Sequence record: OL739525.1
Length of the DNA: 64,000 bases
From: Escherichia phage dw-ec
Reading direction: 5' to 3' (one strand)
Shown in pieces: positions 46,230-54,539 of this stretch. The position numbers were made by a program, and so were the translations under genes. The notes below the pieces were generated by a model. The model had not been told where the DNA came from, made no database searches, and saw only the letters and a list, made by a program, of their open reading frames with translations. The stretch's first letter is position 1; the number at the start of each line of letters is the position of its first letter.

Positions 46230-46394
46230 ATGATTTTAAACTTCATCATCAATTTGTGTTTGACATTGGGACTACTTTGTGCAATAGTATCCCCTCTGGT
46301 TGGTGAATATTGTTCTGAACTGGCGATGTTTATAGTTCTTGGTGCGGCTATTGTTAATATGTTTGTCGCTGCGATTTGTATGTTGTGGGAATAG
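46230..46394 (+). CDS. small membrane protein (54 aa)
   Basis: Not in ORF track; ATG after GGAGAGAA; two hydrophobic segments. Confidence 0.4.
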   Translation: MILNFIINLCLTLGLLCAIVSPLVGEYCSELAMFIVLGAAIVNMFVAAICMLWE

Positions 46395-46405
46395 GAGGGA
46401 AGTTT

Positions 46406-46762
46406 ATGAAAAAACTAATCTTAGCCACATTGCTGGCTACCGTAAGCTTCACCACTTACGCTCAAAAATTTGTAGCAGTTAAAACGGATATTGGTAAAGA
46501 TGTTGTGATCACAGGCAACAAGTTTTACTATACATCTGGAAATGGTATTCTAGAAGAGTGCAAAGATGTTGAGGCATATACAGGAAAAGAAGATAACACG
46601 GAACGTCCTTTTTATTCGATTATAGCTACTTGCAAAAATGAAATAGTAGCTATTAAACAATACAAAGATGCCCCTGGAGGAGAATACTTATTAGTCAAGA
46701 ATATTAAGAGTGAAAAAACTGCAAAGTTTACAGTAATTATTTTAAAAGGAGAAACGTTCTAA
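46406..46762 (+). CDS. secreted protein
   Basis: ATG at 46406 with AGGAGGGA RBS; signal peptide MKKLILATLLATVSFTTYA. Confidence 0.6.
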   Translation: MKKLILATLLATVSFTTYAQKFVAVKTDIGKDVVITGNKFYYTSGNGILEECKDVEAYTGKEDNTERPFYSIIATCKNEIVAIKQYKDAPGGEYLLVKNIKSEKTAKFTVIILKGETF

Positions 46763-47901
46763 TGAAATACACTATTTTTGGAGATGTAGCTGTTGTAAAT
46801 AAGGAATATGGCGTTGAAGCTAATAAACTTCCTGCTGGAGTTTGGGTTGTCAACTGCGATCCGCACGGTAACTACTCTTTAGTGCGTGGCGAAAGTTTCT
46901 CTCTTCCGAACACTCTTTATGGGGAAACTAAAGATCGCGCCGCACATGTTATTAAAACATTTGCTCGTCGTAGTAAAGAAGGTAAAAATACTGGGGTGTT
47001 ACTGACAGGGACAAAGGGCAGTGGTAAGACGATGTTAGCTAAACTGATTAGCATGTCCCTAATGTCCACAGAAGGTTTAGGTATTCCAACCATTTTGGTG
47101 ACACAGCCTTACACAGATGCTGGATTCTTAGAATTTATGAGTAAAATTACAGATCGTGCTGTTGTTTTATTTGACGAGTTTGATAAAGTGTACGCTAAGA
47201 AAGAAGATCAGGAAGCACTGTTGACCTTGTTGGATGGAACAGGAAGTGGGAATAAACTTTACATCCTCACTAAAAATAGTGGCTATATCTCGGAATATTT
47301 TGTAAACCGTCCTAGTCGTATCTATTACAGTTTCAATTACGATAAACTGTCTAGTGAAACTATGTTAGATTACTTGGATAAGAACTTGGTAAATAAAAAG
47401 CACGTAGATAACTTCCAACGTTTATGGGATGTTAGCACAGAGTTGTCTTTCGATGTTATTCAAGGTATTGTAGAAGAATTGAATTTCTATCCAAAAATGA
47501 CTTTTAAAGAATGTCTTGAAATGATGGGTATTTCTTTAGGGAACGATGCTAAATGGAATGTGGCTTCTATCGTAGCTAATGGCAAAACCTTGAAGGTGAA
47601 TTGGATCAATAACTGGCACGACTTCACCCCTACTAAGTTTTTGTCGGGTGCTTGTTCCCTGAACATCTATCTACAAAGTTTGAAAGATGATGAAGTGGAA
47701 GCAATGGAAACCAACAGTTATGTTATCCTGGATGAAGATGGTGATCCACATATTGATCTATGTGCAACGGCTGATGGTCTAACTTGTGATCTGATTGAAG
47801 GTGGTAAGATTCTGGTTATGAGCACTACACCAGGAAACACTCTGCGAGTGGTGCTGGAGCCTGTAACACAACGTTCCACCACACTGGGTAGCGTGTTCTA
47901 A
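46762..47901 (+). CDS. AAA+ ATPase
   Basis: 379 aa; Walker A GTKGSGKT and Walker B VVLFDEFDK. Confidence 0.7.
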   Translation: MKYTIFGDVAVVNKEYGVEANKLPAGVWVVNCDPHGNYSLVRGESFSLPNTLYGETKDRAAHVIKTFARRSKEGKNTGVLLTGTKGSGKTMLAKLISMSLMSTEGLGIPTILVTQPYTDAGFLEFMSKITDRAVVLFDEFDKVYAKKEDQEALLTLLDGTGSGNKLYILTKNSGYISEYFVNRPSRIYYSFNYDKLSSETMLDYLDKNLVNKKHVDNFQRLWDVSTELSFDVIQGIVEELNFYPKMTFKECLEMMGISLGNDAKWNVASIVANGKTLKVNWINNWHDFTPTKFLSGACSLNIYLQSLKDDEVEAMETNSYVILDEDGDPHIDLCATADGLTCDLIEGGKILVMSTTPGNTLRVVLEPVTQRSTTLGSVF

Positions 47902-47917
47902 TAATTTGAGATTTATT

Positions 47918-47945
47918 AAACCCGCTTCGGCGGGTTTTGTTATAT
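47918..47945 (+). terminator. rho-independent terminator
   Basis: AACCCGC-ttcg-GCGGGTT followed by TTGTTAT. Confidence 0.65.
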
Positions 47946-47975
47946 TGGTTTTAGTTTAATAGAGAGGATCGTTAG

Positions 47976-49202
47976 GTGAGACGTAAATCAATAGAAGAAT
48001 ATATGGAAGAGTGCGCACCGATAGCGACTGAGAGGGGGATCATCATCCTCGGCACGTATGGAGAGGATAAGGGAAGTAAGACTAAAATGATCCTACGGGG
48101 AAGAGATTGCAATCATGAGTGGAATACCACGACTTTTAACCATTTTAAAAGGGGTAGTGGTTGTCCTGTTTGTGCAAAAGAAATGGAAAGTAGAGGTAAA
48201 GCTAAAAAGAAAAACTTAGAAACCTGTCTTATAGAGTGTCAACCTTTAGCACAGGAAAGAGATATTGAGATTATTGGGGTTGTGAAACCTTTTAAAGGTG
48301 TACGGACTAAAATGATCAACCGTTGTAAAGTTTGTTATCATGAATGGAATACTTGCAGTATTGCCAATTTCAAGAGAGGTTCGGGATGCCCGAAATGCAA
48401 AGCTGAGAAAATAGGAGAATTAGGCAAGTGTGCGGTTATCCCAGACGATCAGCACATACAAGATTTCATGAATACTGGCGCTTTCCAACCAGGAACCATC
48501 TTCATCAATACAGGGGAACGTACTGGAAAGAGCGACAGTATTTGGTGTATAAAATGTCCTATTTGCTCATACGACGAATATGTACAAGCTGGAGTATGTG
48601 ATGGTAAGTTTTATTCTACAAGGGGCAGTCTTAAAAACGGGAGTCTCGCTTGTCGTTGTTCTACACGTTATGTGTTTAGCGATCAGCAGTTAACATACCG
48701 CATGAGAAAGGAGTTGCAGAAAAAAGATTTGATTTTTATCGAATGGGTAGGCAAACCGTCTGTAAGATTAGGTAAGTTTAAATATGGATGTAAGAAACAT
48801 GGGGTACAAATAGGACGTGCCAGTAGTTTGTTAAATCATGGCACTGGTTGTCCGCAATGTGCTAACCAGACACAACAACAATGTTACATTAACCACATTC
48901 ATGATGAACAAGGTATTCTCTGTGCTTTGAAATTTGGAATTGCCAATAATAGTGATCGCCGTATCAAAGAACAAAATAGTCGTAATGTGTTTACTATGAA
49001 ACAGGTCCAAGTGTGGCACTTCCCTACTGCGAAGCAGTGCAAAGATGCAGAGAAGCGTTGTAAGCGTGTCCTTCACACGGAAGCAGTGAGCAAATATGCT
49101 ATGCCAGATGGCTACACAGAGACAGTGGAGTTATCTTGCATGGCATCAATACAAAACATTTATAAACTTTATGGTGGAACATTACAGGAGGAAACATGTT
49201 AG
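47976..49202 (+). CDS. zinc-ribbon repeat protein, possible GIY-YIG-like nuclease
   Basis: 408 aa, GTG start; repeated C.HEWNT...F.RGSGCP.C modules; C-terminal GILCALKFGIANNSDRRIKEQN weakly GIY-YIG-like. Confidence 0.5.
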   Translation: MRRKSIEEYMEECAPIATERGIIILGTYGEDKGSKTKMILRGRDCNHEWNTTTFNHFKRGSGCPVCAKEMESRGKAKKKNLETCLIECQPLAQERDIEIIGVVKPFKGVRTKMINRCKVCYHEWNTCSIANFKRGSGCPKCKAEKIGELGKCAVIPDDQHIQDFMNTGAFQPGTIFINTGERTGKSDSIWCIKCPICSYDEYVQAGVCDGKFYSTRGSLKNGSLACRCSTRYVFSDQQLTYRMRKELQKKDLIFIEWVGKPSVRLGKFKYGCKKHGVQIGRASSLLNHGTGCPQCANQTQQQCYINHIHDEQGILCALKFGIANNSDRRIKEQNSRNVFTMKQVQVWHFPTAKQCKDAEKRCKRVLHTEAVSKYAMPDGYTETVELSCMASIQNIYKLYGGTLQEETC

Positions 49203-49561
49203 TTGACGTTCAAATTATGCGCAACGAAAGAATGGACTTCTTTGAAGCAGTAGAGAAACATCTGATCAGATGGGACTATGAATTTGTTCCTGCTGGATGT
49301 GGACCAGTAGAGCATTTAGCGGAAGACGACGATGTATACATGATCATTCGTCAAGTGTACCAGACAGACCAGTGTGAAGAAACTCCCGAACTGATTTTGT
49401 TTGAGTGTAAAGATCTTGCAAAATATTTTGACTATGGTGGAAAAGAGGGTCATAATCTCTCCAGATACAATAAACGTCTACTTATCTTAGACTACATGCG
49501 GAACAATAAACACAAACTCATCGACGCAGACGCAGTTTATGGCTACTGGTGGATGGACTAA
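49196..49561 (+). CDS. hypothetical protein
   Basis: 121 aa ORF. Confidence 0.55.
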   Translation: MLVDVQIMRNERMDFFEAVEKHLIRWDYEFVPAGCGPVEHLAEDDDVYMIIRQVYQTDQCEETPELILFECKDLAKYFDYGGKEGHNLSRYNKRLLILDYMRNNKHKLIDADAVYGYWWMD

Positions 49562-49574
49562 CAAAGGAGAAATT

Positions 49575-49763
49575 ATGGCACGTTTAGCAGATCATGAAAT
49601 CTTTAAACCTATTCTGAACCATTATAATGAACTTAAAGCAGTGTTGGATTGTTATAAAGAGGATGAAGAACGCTTGGAAGTCAATCTTAAGATAGTTCTG
49701 ATGAAAGCTTTTCAAGACGGGCAAGCTGAAGTCTTAAGAGGTATGAAAAATGCGAATAACTGA
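49575..49763 (+). CDS. hypothetical protein
   Basis: ATG at 49575 with AAGGAGA RBS. Confidence 0.5.
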   Translation: MARLADHEIFKPILNHYNELKAVLDCYKEDEERLEVNLKIVLMKAFQDGQAEVLRGMKNANN

Positions 49764-50283
49764 TGAATATGTATTCTTCTTTTCACATAAAGATGTGTTT
49801 AGCAATTGGTACATTGCACCATTCACAGAGACGGAACCAGGGTACAGTGAGACTTTCTGTTGTGTAGAGCAATACATGATGTGGCGTAAGGCTTTGCTGT
49901 TCAAGGATCAGGTAATCGCAGCAGCTATCCTTGATCACTCAATGAAGCGAGACGACGAGAAGGGACAGGCATACTACAAGCGTATGGGTCGAGCGGTGTC
50001 TGGTTTTAATAATGACATGTGGGAAGAGTACCGAGAGCGTATCGTAATGCGAGGCTTATGCTTGAAGTATACACAGAACCCTGATCTTTACTCTGACTTG
50101 CGACTGTACCAATTCAAAACGTTCGTTGAGGCGAGTCCTTATGATAAGGTTTACGGAATTGGAATGGGTATGTACGAACCAGGGGTGCTTAATCCTGCCA
50201 ACTGGAAAGGGCAGAATCTTTTAGGTAAATATCATAATAAACTGATCGAAATACTTTTCCCAGACAAAATACCGCAAAGATGA
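49750..50283 (+). CDS. NADAR-domain protein (YbiA-like)
   Basis: 177 aa; FFFSHKDVFSNWY, CVEQYMMWRKALLF and KYTQNPDL..L segments fit the NADAR/DUF1768 fold family. Confidence 0.6.
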   Translation: MRITDEYVFFFSHKDVFSNWYIAPFTETEPGYSETFCCVEQYMMWRKALLFKDQVIAAAILDHSMKRDDEKGQAYYKRMGRAVSGFNNDMWEEYRERIVMRGLCLKYTQNPDLYSDLRLYQFKTFVEASPYDKVYGIGMGMYEPGVLNPANWKGQNLLGKYHNKLIEILFPDKIPQR

Positions 50284-50535
50284 TATTTGTGATATTTTAA
50301 CTTTTTTCATTTTTAGAACAAAGGTGTCACTTTGTAGCACAGAAATAAGGCTCCTACAGCACCGTAGAGAGCCTGTTATTTTGTCCTATACAAACCCTTA
50401 TCTTTTTCAGTTTGCATCACTAAGATTCGATCTAAGTGGGTTCCTGAAGGTCTACTAATAAGATTAAAGGTTATATCAAATTCCCACTATCCATTATCTC
50501 AAAAATCCCTCAAATTATTTAAACTTTTTAAGAAT

Positions 50536-50720
50536 TTACAAAAGTGAAAGTTGAAAACCAAAATTTAAAGTTTAGGAAAATTATCTTAAAATGTTAGATA
50601 CAAAACAAAACTCAAAAGTCAAGGAAAATTTTAAAAATTTTGCGCGCCCACAGTATTTAAAGTTTTTTTGCTTTTACAAAAATGAAAGTACAAAAGCAAA
50701 ATTTAAAGTTTACAAAAATT
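50536..50720. repeat. AT-rich direct repeats (two ~47-bp copies plus partial copies)
   Basis: 50536..50582 and 50674..50720 about 83% identical (TTACAAAA.TGAAAGT...AAAATTTAAAGTTTA..AAAATT); ATTTAAAGTTT occurs three times. Confidence 0.7.
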
Positions 50721-50731
50721 TTTATGCAGGT

Positions 50732-50752
50732 GAGAATGAGAAGAGTTCTCAT
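50732..50752. promoter_or_regulatory. palindromic operator-like site (ATGAGAA-gag-TTCTCAT)
   Basis: Perfect 7-bp inverted repeat; same half-site family as the Fur-box-like elements. Confidence 0.4.
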
Positions 50753-50762
50753 ATGGAAATGC

Positions 50763-50783
50763 AAATGATAATGATTCGCATTT
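50763..50783. promoter_or_regulatory. Fur-box-like element
   Basis: AAATGATAATGATTCGCATTT, partial match to GATAATGATAATCATTATC. Confidence 0.4.
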
Positions 50784-50820
50784 AAGTTTATAAATGAGAT
50801 TGATTCTTATTTAATAAGGT

Positions 50821-50850
50821 AAATGATAATCATTCTCATTTAGAGAATGA
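50821..50850. promoter_or_regulatory. Fur-box-like element with TCATTCTC-attta-GAGAATGA palindrome
   Basis: AATGATAATCATTCTC matches 15 of 16 positions of the Fur-box core AATGATAATCATTATC. Confidence 0.5.
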
Positions 50851-51098
50851 CGCGCAGGGGCGGTGTTTGTCTCGCGCTCCCGTGTCCCCTCGCCATGTAA
50901 TAAGAATAACAGATCCAGCCAGGAAAGCAAGCGATTATTTTATCTTTACATTTCTTTACAAATATATAGCGCCCAGCCTACCGGCGATCAACCTTCCAAC
51001 CAGCGCCCTGGTATGTTAGCCCCGCCTTTACGCCGTGGGGTGGCGCTTCCTCTTCTGTATGTAAAACAGTATAAGCCCGATCCCTGGGCTTGTCAAGA

Positions 51099-51365
51099 TT
51101 ATTTTTTGTTTTCTTGCCAGGATAGGACACCTAACCAAAAATACATATCGCCCCGCGCCCCTGGTGGTATCTTGCTTTCCCCGCCGCCACTGCAAGCCCA
51201 TAGATAACCATTTGCGAACGTATCAAAATGATCTATCTCTTCCACCTTATGATCGCCCAGGTTGAGAACGGTTTCAACCTTTAAGCCCGTTGCGCTTGCT
51301 ACCTGGTGCACCGTGCCGCCTTGCCAGCCCAATGAGTGCATAAGGTGTAATGTAGTAGTTGTCAT
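51099..51365 (-). CDS. hypothetical protein in GC-rich island
   Basis: 88 aa ORF with protein-like composition; surrounding 50860..51560 noticeably GC-richer than the rest of the window. Confidence 0.4.
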   Translation of the reverse strand: MTTTTLHLMHSLGWQGGTVHQVASATGLKVETVLNLGDHKVEEIDHFDTFANGYLWACSGGGESKIPPGARGDMYFWLGVLSWQENKK

Positions 51366-51474
51366 GGTGTCGCCCTTTCTTTGTTGTGCGCCCTGGTTGG
51401 CGCGGTAGAAAGATGATAGCCTTTTCCTTTATATATAGCAAGCAAAAAGAAAATAAAAAAGATTGAAAAAGTGG

Positions 51475-51503
51475 TTGACGTTCCTCACCTGGTAGCGTAG
51501 TAT
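51475..51503 (+). promoter_or_regulatory. sigma70-like promoter (TTGACG-17-TAGTAT)
   Basis: Upstream of 51639..51836. Confidence 0.4.
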
Positions 51504-51638
51504 TCATCTTGTCGAGGGGGGCGCGGCACAACGACAATAAAAAACAGGAGGGCGCAATGTAGGACGGGCAAAGGTGAGGATCTCCATAATCCACCGTCAA
51601 CCAACAAAAAACATCATTCATCACCTGGAGTTAAAATC

Positions 51639-51836
51639 ATGGCAACATTGCACATAGTAGCGAAAGCAGGACAAATCAGCGTCGTGGTAAACGGTTTTAC
51701 TGAGTTCAGTCATCCCCAGGATGATCATGAAACGGTTTTATCTTTCATTGATTCACTGTTAGAAATGGGAGTAATTACAGAAGACCAGCACGCTACAAAA
51801 TGCAAACGCGTTAATCAGATTGCAGGAATAGAATAA
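51639..51836 (+). CDS. hypothetical protein
   Basis: 65 aa ORF. Confidence 0.5.
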   Translation: MATLHIVAKAGQISVVVNGFTEFSHPQDDHETVLSFIDSLLEMGVITEDQHATKCKRVNQIAGIE

Positions 51837-51842
51837 AAAGTA

Positions 51843-51904
51843 TTGACAACAACCAACAACCTGATAAGATGTATCACATAGGGCGGCGGAATGGTCCACC
51901 GCTC
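51843..51904 (+). promoter_or_regulatory. promoter-leader cassette P1 (TTGACA-16-TAAGAT + leader stem-loop)
   Basis: -35 51843..51848, -10 51865..51870, then GTATCACATAGGGCGGCGGAATGGTCCACCGCTC hairpin and AGAAGAGAG leader. Confidence 0.7.
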
Positions 51905-51927
51905 ACAACAGAAGAGAGATTATAATC

Positions 51928-52200
51928 ATGGCATCATATAGCGCAACAATGATCGTAGCTGGCACCACTGGTAAACCTATGAGCGGTGGCGGATCTTTCG
52001 CAAATATCAACATTGACGGGCGTTTATCCCTGGACGCAGCGATCACCGTGGCGCGGGAAACATTTAAGAAAGAATGTAAATTCAATAAACAAGATTATCT
52101 CGGTTTTGCTATTGAAAAAACCGCGCGTTTTGTTGATTATAAAAGCCCAAAAATGGTTGATACTACACTAAAAGCGCAAGATGTAGCGTTTTTGCTTTAA
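51928..52200 (+). CDS. hypothetical early protein
   Basis: 90 aa ORF downstream of P1. Confidence 0.55.
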   Translation: MASYSATMIVAGTTGKPMSGGGSFANINIDGRLSLDAAITVARETFKKECKFNKQDYLGFAIEKTARFVDYKSPKMVDTTLKAQDVAFLL

Positions 52201-52203
52201 GGC

Positions 52204-52259
52204 TTGACATTAACGAATAATTTGTTAATATGTTACATAAAGCGGGAATAGTTCCCGCT
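52204..52259 (+). promoter_or_regulatory. promoter-leader cassette P2
   Basis: TTGACA, TAATAT, hairpin GCGGGAA-tag-TTCCCGC. Confidence 0.65.
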
Positions 52260-52276
52260 ATTTGTAAGGTGGTAGA

Positions 52277-52534
52277 ATGTTTTACATCAAATTAAAAGGT
52301 CACGTGATCGCGTTCAAAGATAACGCTTTTTACAGATTAGCAAAATATGCGTTAATACATCCCCACTATGTTTATATAAGGGGGCGTGATGAAATAAATA
52401 TCTTTGATCAAACAACATGCGAAAACATCGAGATCCGCAAGGTTGGCGTACGTGATTATCGTACATCTTTCTACCCTTGCAAGGATTCAGCAAGTCTTTT
52501 CAAAGTATGCCAATTGTTGAAAAAAGGTGGTTAA
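52277..52534 (+). CDS. hypothetical early protein
   Basis: 85 aa ORF. Confidence 0.55.
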   Translation: MFYIKLKGHVIAFKDNAFYRLAKYALIHPHYVYIRGRDEINIFDQTTCENIEIRKVGVRDYRTSFYPCKDSASLFKVCQLLKKGG

Positions 52535-52535
52535 T

Positions 52536-53093
52536 ATGGGCCGCGAATATGTGATCCAGTCTTGGGTAAAACATGAAGCAGATGATCCGCGCATCATTCC
52601 CGATCATCTTATCGATGAATCCACGGGATATAGCGGTGAGCAAATAGGTAACAGATTAGCACGTAGTAACGGCAACGTAAAAGCGCGTTATGTGCGCCCT
52701 GGTTGGCTGGCAAATGGTAATGCTGATTTATCCAGTGCGGAAGATGCGAGCGACGGCGCGAAAGATAATCCTTTGTACAAAGTTGATCCGGCTTTTCGTG
52801 TCCTGGATGAATACCCCAGCAAGATAGCGGCGCTCGATCAGGCCCTGGAAAGTAAGCGCATCACCTGGACCGCTTACAACATGGCAAAAAACGTACTTGA
52901 TGGTAAATTGATTCAAGCTGAAAGAAAATTAGCCAAAATTGCAGCCATAGCCCAGGAGGAAGACGAGGAGACAACGGAAGAGGAAGAGTACGAAGAGATC
53001 CCGCCGTTGTTGTGTGTTGATGCTTTTCCTGATTATCAGCCGACAGAGGAAGAAAAAAGGATCGCACTAGAAAACTTTGAAAATAGTCTTTGA
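52536..53093 (+). CDS. hypothetical early protein with acidic C-terminal region
   Basis: ATG at 52536 after AGGTGG; E-rich segment. Confidence 0.55.
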   Translation: MGREYVIQSWVKHEADDPRIIPDHLIDESTGYSGEQIGNRLARSNGNVKARYVRPGWLANGNADLSSAEDASDGAKDNPLYKVDPAFRVLDEYPSKIAALDQALESKRITWTAYNMAKNVLDGKLIQAERKLAKIAAIAQEEDEETTEEEEYEEIPPLLCVDAFPDYQPTEEEKRIALENFENSL

Positions 53094-53148
53094 CATATCG
53101 CCGCCACTGGCATAATATTTACCACGTAGGGCGGCAATGGTGCCGCTC
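53090..53148 (+). promoter_or_regulatory. promoter-leader cassette P3
   Basis: TTGACA-17-TAATAT, hairpin GCGGCA-atgg-TGCCGC. Confidence 0.65.
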
Positions 53149-53175
53149 ATAGTAAAATTATGCAAGAGGTTTGCA

Positions 53176-53271
53176 ATGATTAATAAAGAAAATAGCTTGA
53201 CGGTTGGAACGATTAACGCTATCATTTTCGCCGTTCCATTTTGGGTTGTAGTAGCGGCTATTATTTTCTAA
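53176..53271 (+). CDS. small hydrophobic peptide (31 aa)
   Basis: Not in ORF track; ATG after AAGAGG; MINKENSLTVGTINAIIFAVPFWVVVAAIIF; lies between cassettes P3 and P4. Confidence 0.35.
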   Translation: MINKENSLTVGTINAIIFAVPFWVVVAAIIF

Positions 53272-53280
53272 AAAATATTC

Positions 53281-53341
53281 TTGACAACGTTTTTTAATCT
53301 GATAAGATGTATCACATAGGGCGGCGGAATACTTCCCCGCC
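53281..53341 (+). promoter_or_regulatory. promoter-leader cassette P4
   Basis: TTGACA-16-TAAGAT, GTATCACATAGGGCGGCGGAATACTTCCCCGCC. Confidence 0.65.
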
Positions 53342-53362
53342 AAAACAAAAAAGGGTAACACA

Positions 53363-53725
53363 ATGAGCAAGCAAATCAGTACTATCATGTTTAATCTGGT
53401 ATCTTTCCGCGATGATATGAAAAATTTACCACGTGAAACGGTTGATATTCATGTTTCAGCTTATCGCGCCCTTATTGACATGTTACCGCTAAAACGTGAT
53501 CAACATGCCGCTAATATGATGCTTAATGCTATGCTTAAAAAGATGATTCAAACGGATCTCACCCTGGCATATGAGTATCAAGGGCGCTTATATGCAACTT
53601 ACAACAAAGCGGTACCTGGTTTGGGAAGTACCGAAGAGTTGCACGGCTTAAACCTGGATCAAAACACTTGGGATAGTATGCGCCGCGTTATGGTATGGGC
53701 CGAAAGCGGTAAAATTTACGAATAA
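53363..53725 (+). CDS. hypothetical early protein
   Basis: 120 aa ORF. Confidence 0.55.
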   Translation: MSKQISTIMFNLVSFRDDMKNLPRETVDIHVSAYRALIDMLPLKRDQHAANMMLNAMLKKMIQTDLTLAYEYQGRLYATYNKAVPGLGSTEELHGLNLDQNTWDSMRRVMVWAESGKIYE

Positions 53726-53731
53726 AAACGG

Positions 53732-53788
53732 TTGACACTGTTTAAACTTCTGGTATAGTTTATCACGTAGGGCGGCAATGGTGCCGCC
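53732..53788 (+). promoter_or_regulatory. promoter-leader cassette P5
   Basis: TTGACA-16-TATAGT, hairpin GGCGGCA-atgg-TGCCGCC. Confidence 0.65.
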
Positions 53789-53808
53789 AACAATAAAAGG
53801 TTAACATC

Positions 53809-53988
53809 ATGGCTATCATTGCAAAAACTGAGATTATAGGTTTAGATTCGATCCTCCTGGCTTATGAGGAAACTTTAAAAATGTATATAGTGACCTATGG
53901 TGATTATGTGCGTGAATACGAATACATTGATCTTGCTTTCGAATGTTACATTCGCCAGGTCAATAAAGCCTATAACGATTATCGTTAA
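53809..53988 (+). CDS. hypothetical early protein (59 aa)
   Basis: Not in ORF track; starts MAI like neighbouring cassette genes; hand-translated. Confidence 0.45.
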   Translation: MAIIAKTEIIGLDSILLAYEETLKMYIVTYGDYVREYEYIDLAFECYIRQVNKAYNDYR

Positions 53989-54007
53989 AAGTTTTAGTCT
54001 TATACTA

Positions 54008-54060
54008 TTGACAATGAGTGATAGTATAAGCATAATAACTTTTATCGGGAATACTTCCCA
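54008..54060 (+). promoter_or_regulatory. promoter-leader cassette P6
   Basis: TTGACA-17-CATAAT, hairpin GGGAA-tac-TTCCC. Confidence 0.6.
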
Positions 54061-54085
54061 CTAACCAAAAAGAGAGAGTGACACC

Positions 54086-54451
54086 ATGGCTATTAATATC
54101 AATGTTTCCGCTTATGCTACCCTGGCTAACACGGCTAAAATTGAATTATCCAGCATTGAGGCGGTGCATATTAGCGCCCGTCGCTGGTTTCAACGGTCCT
54201 ACGGTAACACATATTTTTCTTTAATGGTTGACGTTGAGATCGGCGGTAAACTGATCGAGGTGGTTAACGTTCCGTTTCAATATGGCTATGGTGATCATTT
54301 TGATACCGTCGCCCTGGAAGAATTTAGCAAGGTTATCAACCTTGAGGGCAAGGAATTTTCACGCGGCGCGTATCTTTCCCGTTTTTGCCGTGACAATGGG
54401 ATCACTGTATACAGTCATGCAAGCGATGTAAAACGTAAAAAAGATTTATAA
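54086..54451 (+). CDS. hypothetical early protein
   Basis: 121 aa ORF. Confidence 0.55.
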   Translation: MAININVSAYATLANTAKIELSSIEAVHISARRWFQRSYGNTYFSLMVDVEIGGKLIEVVNVPFQYGYGDHFDTVALEEFSKVINLEGKEFSRGAYLSRFCRDNGITVYSHASDVKRKKDL

Positions 54452-54456
54452 AAGCA

Positions 54457-54517
54457 TTGACAGCACGAATAAAAAGAGTAAACTGTATTACATAGAGAGC
54501 GGGAATAGTTCCCGCCT
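54457..54517 (+). promoter_or_regulatory. promoter-leader cassette P7
   Basis: TTGACA-16-TAAACT, GTATTACATAGAGAGCGGGAATAGTTCCCGCC. Confidence 0.65.
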
Positions 54518-54539
54518 CATTCAAAGAGAGATTATCATC

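Noticed and set aside
50591-51207. Plus-strand track ORFs 50591..50785 and 50863..51207
   Set aside because: First is a low-complexity translation of the AT-rich repeats and Fur-box-like sites; second is a Pro/Ser/Arg-rich translation of the GC-rich island with no RBS; both judged non-coding.
51274-51624. 116-aa minus-strand ORF
   Set aside because: Overlaps the more protein-like 88-aa ORF and runs through a promoter; composition looks like random translation.
50284-51640. tRNA genes in the non-coding gap
   Set aside because: No convincing cloverleaf (acceptor stem plus T-arm GTTC motif) could be found by eye; cannot be excluded without a tRNA-scanning tool.
53158-53388. 76-aa minus-strand ORF inside the early array
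   Set aside because: Antisense to two plus-strand promoter cassettes and a plus-strand mini-ORF; the whole array is transcribed on the plus strand.
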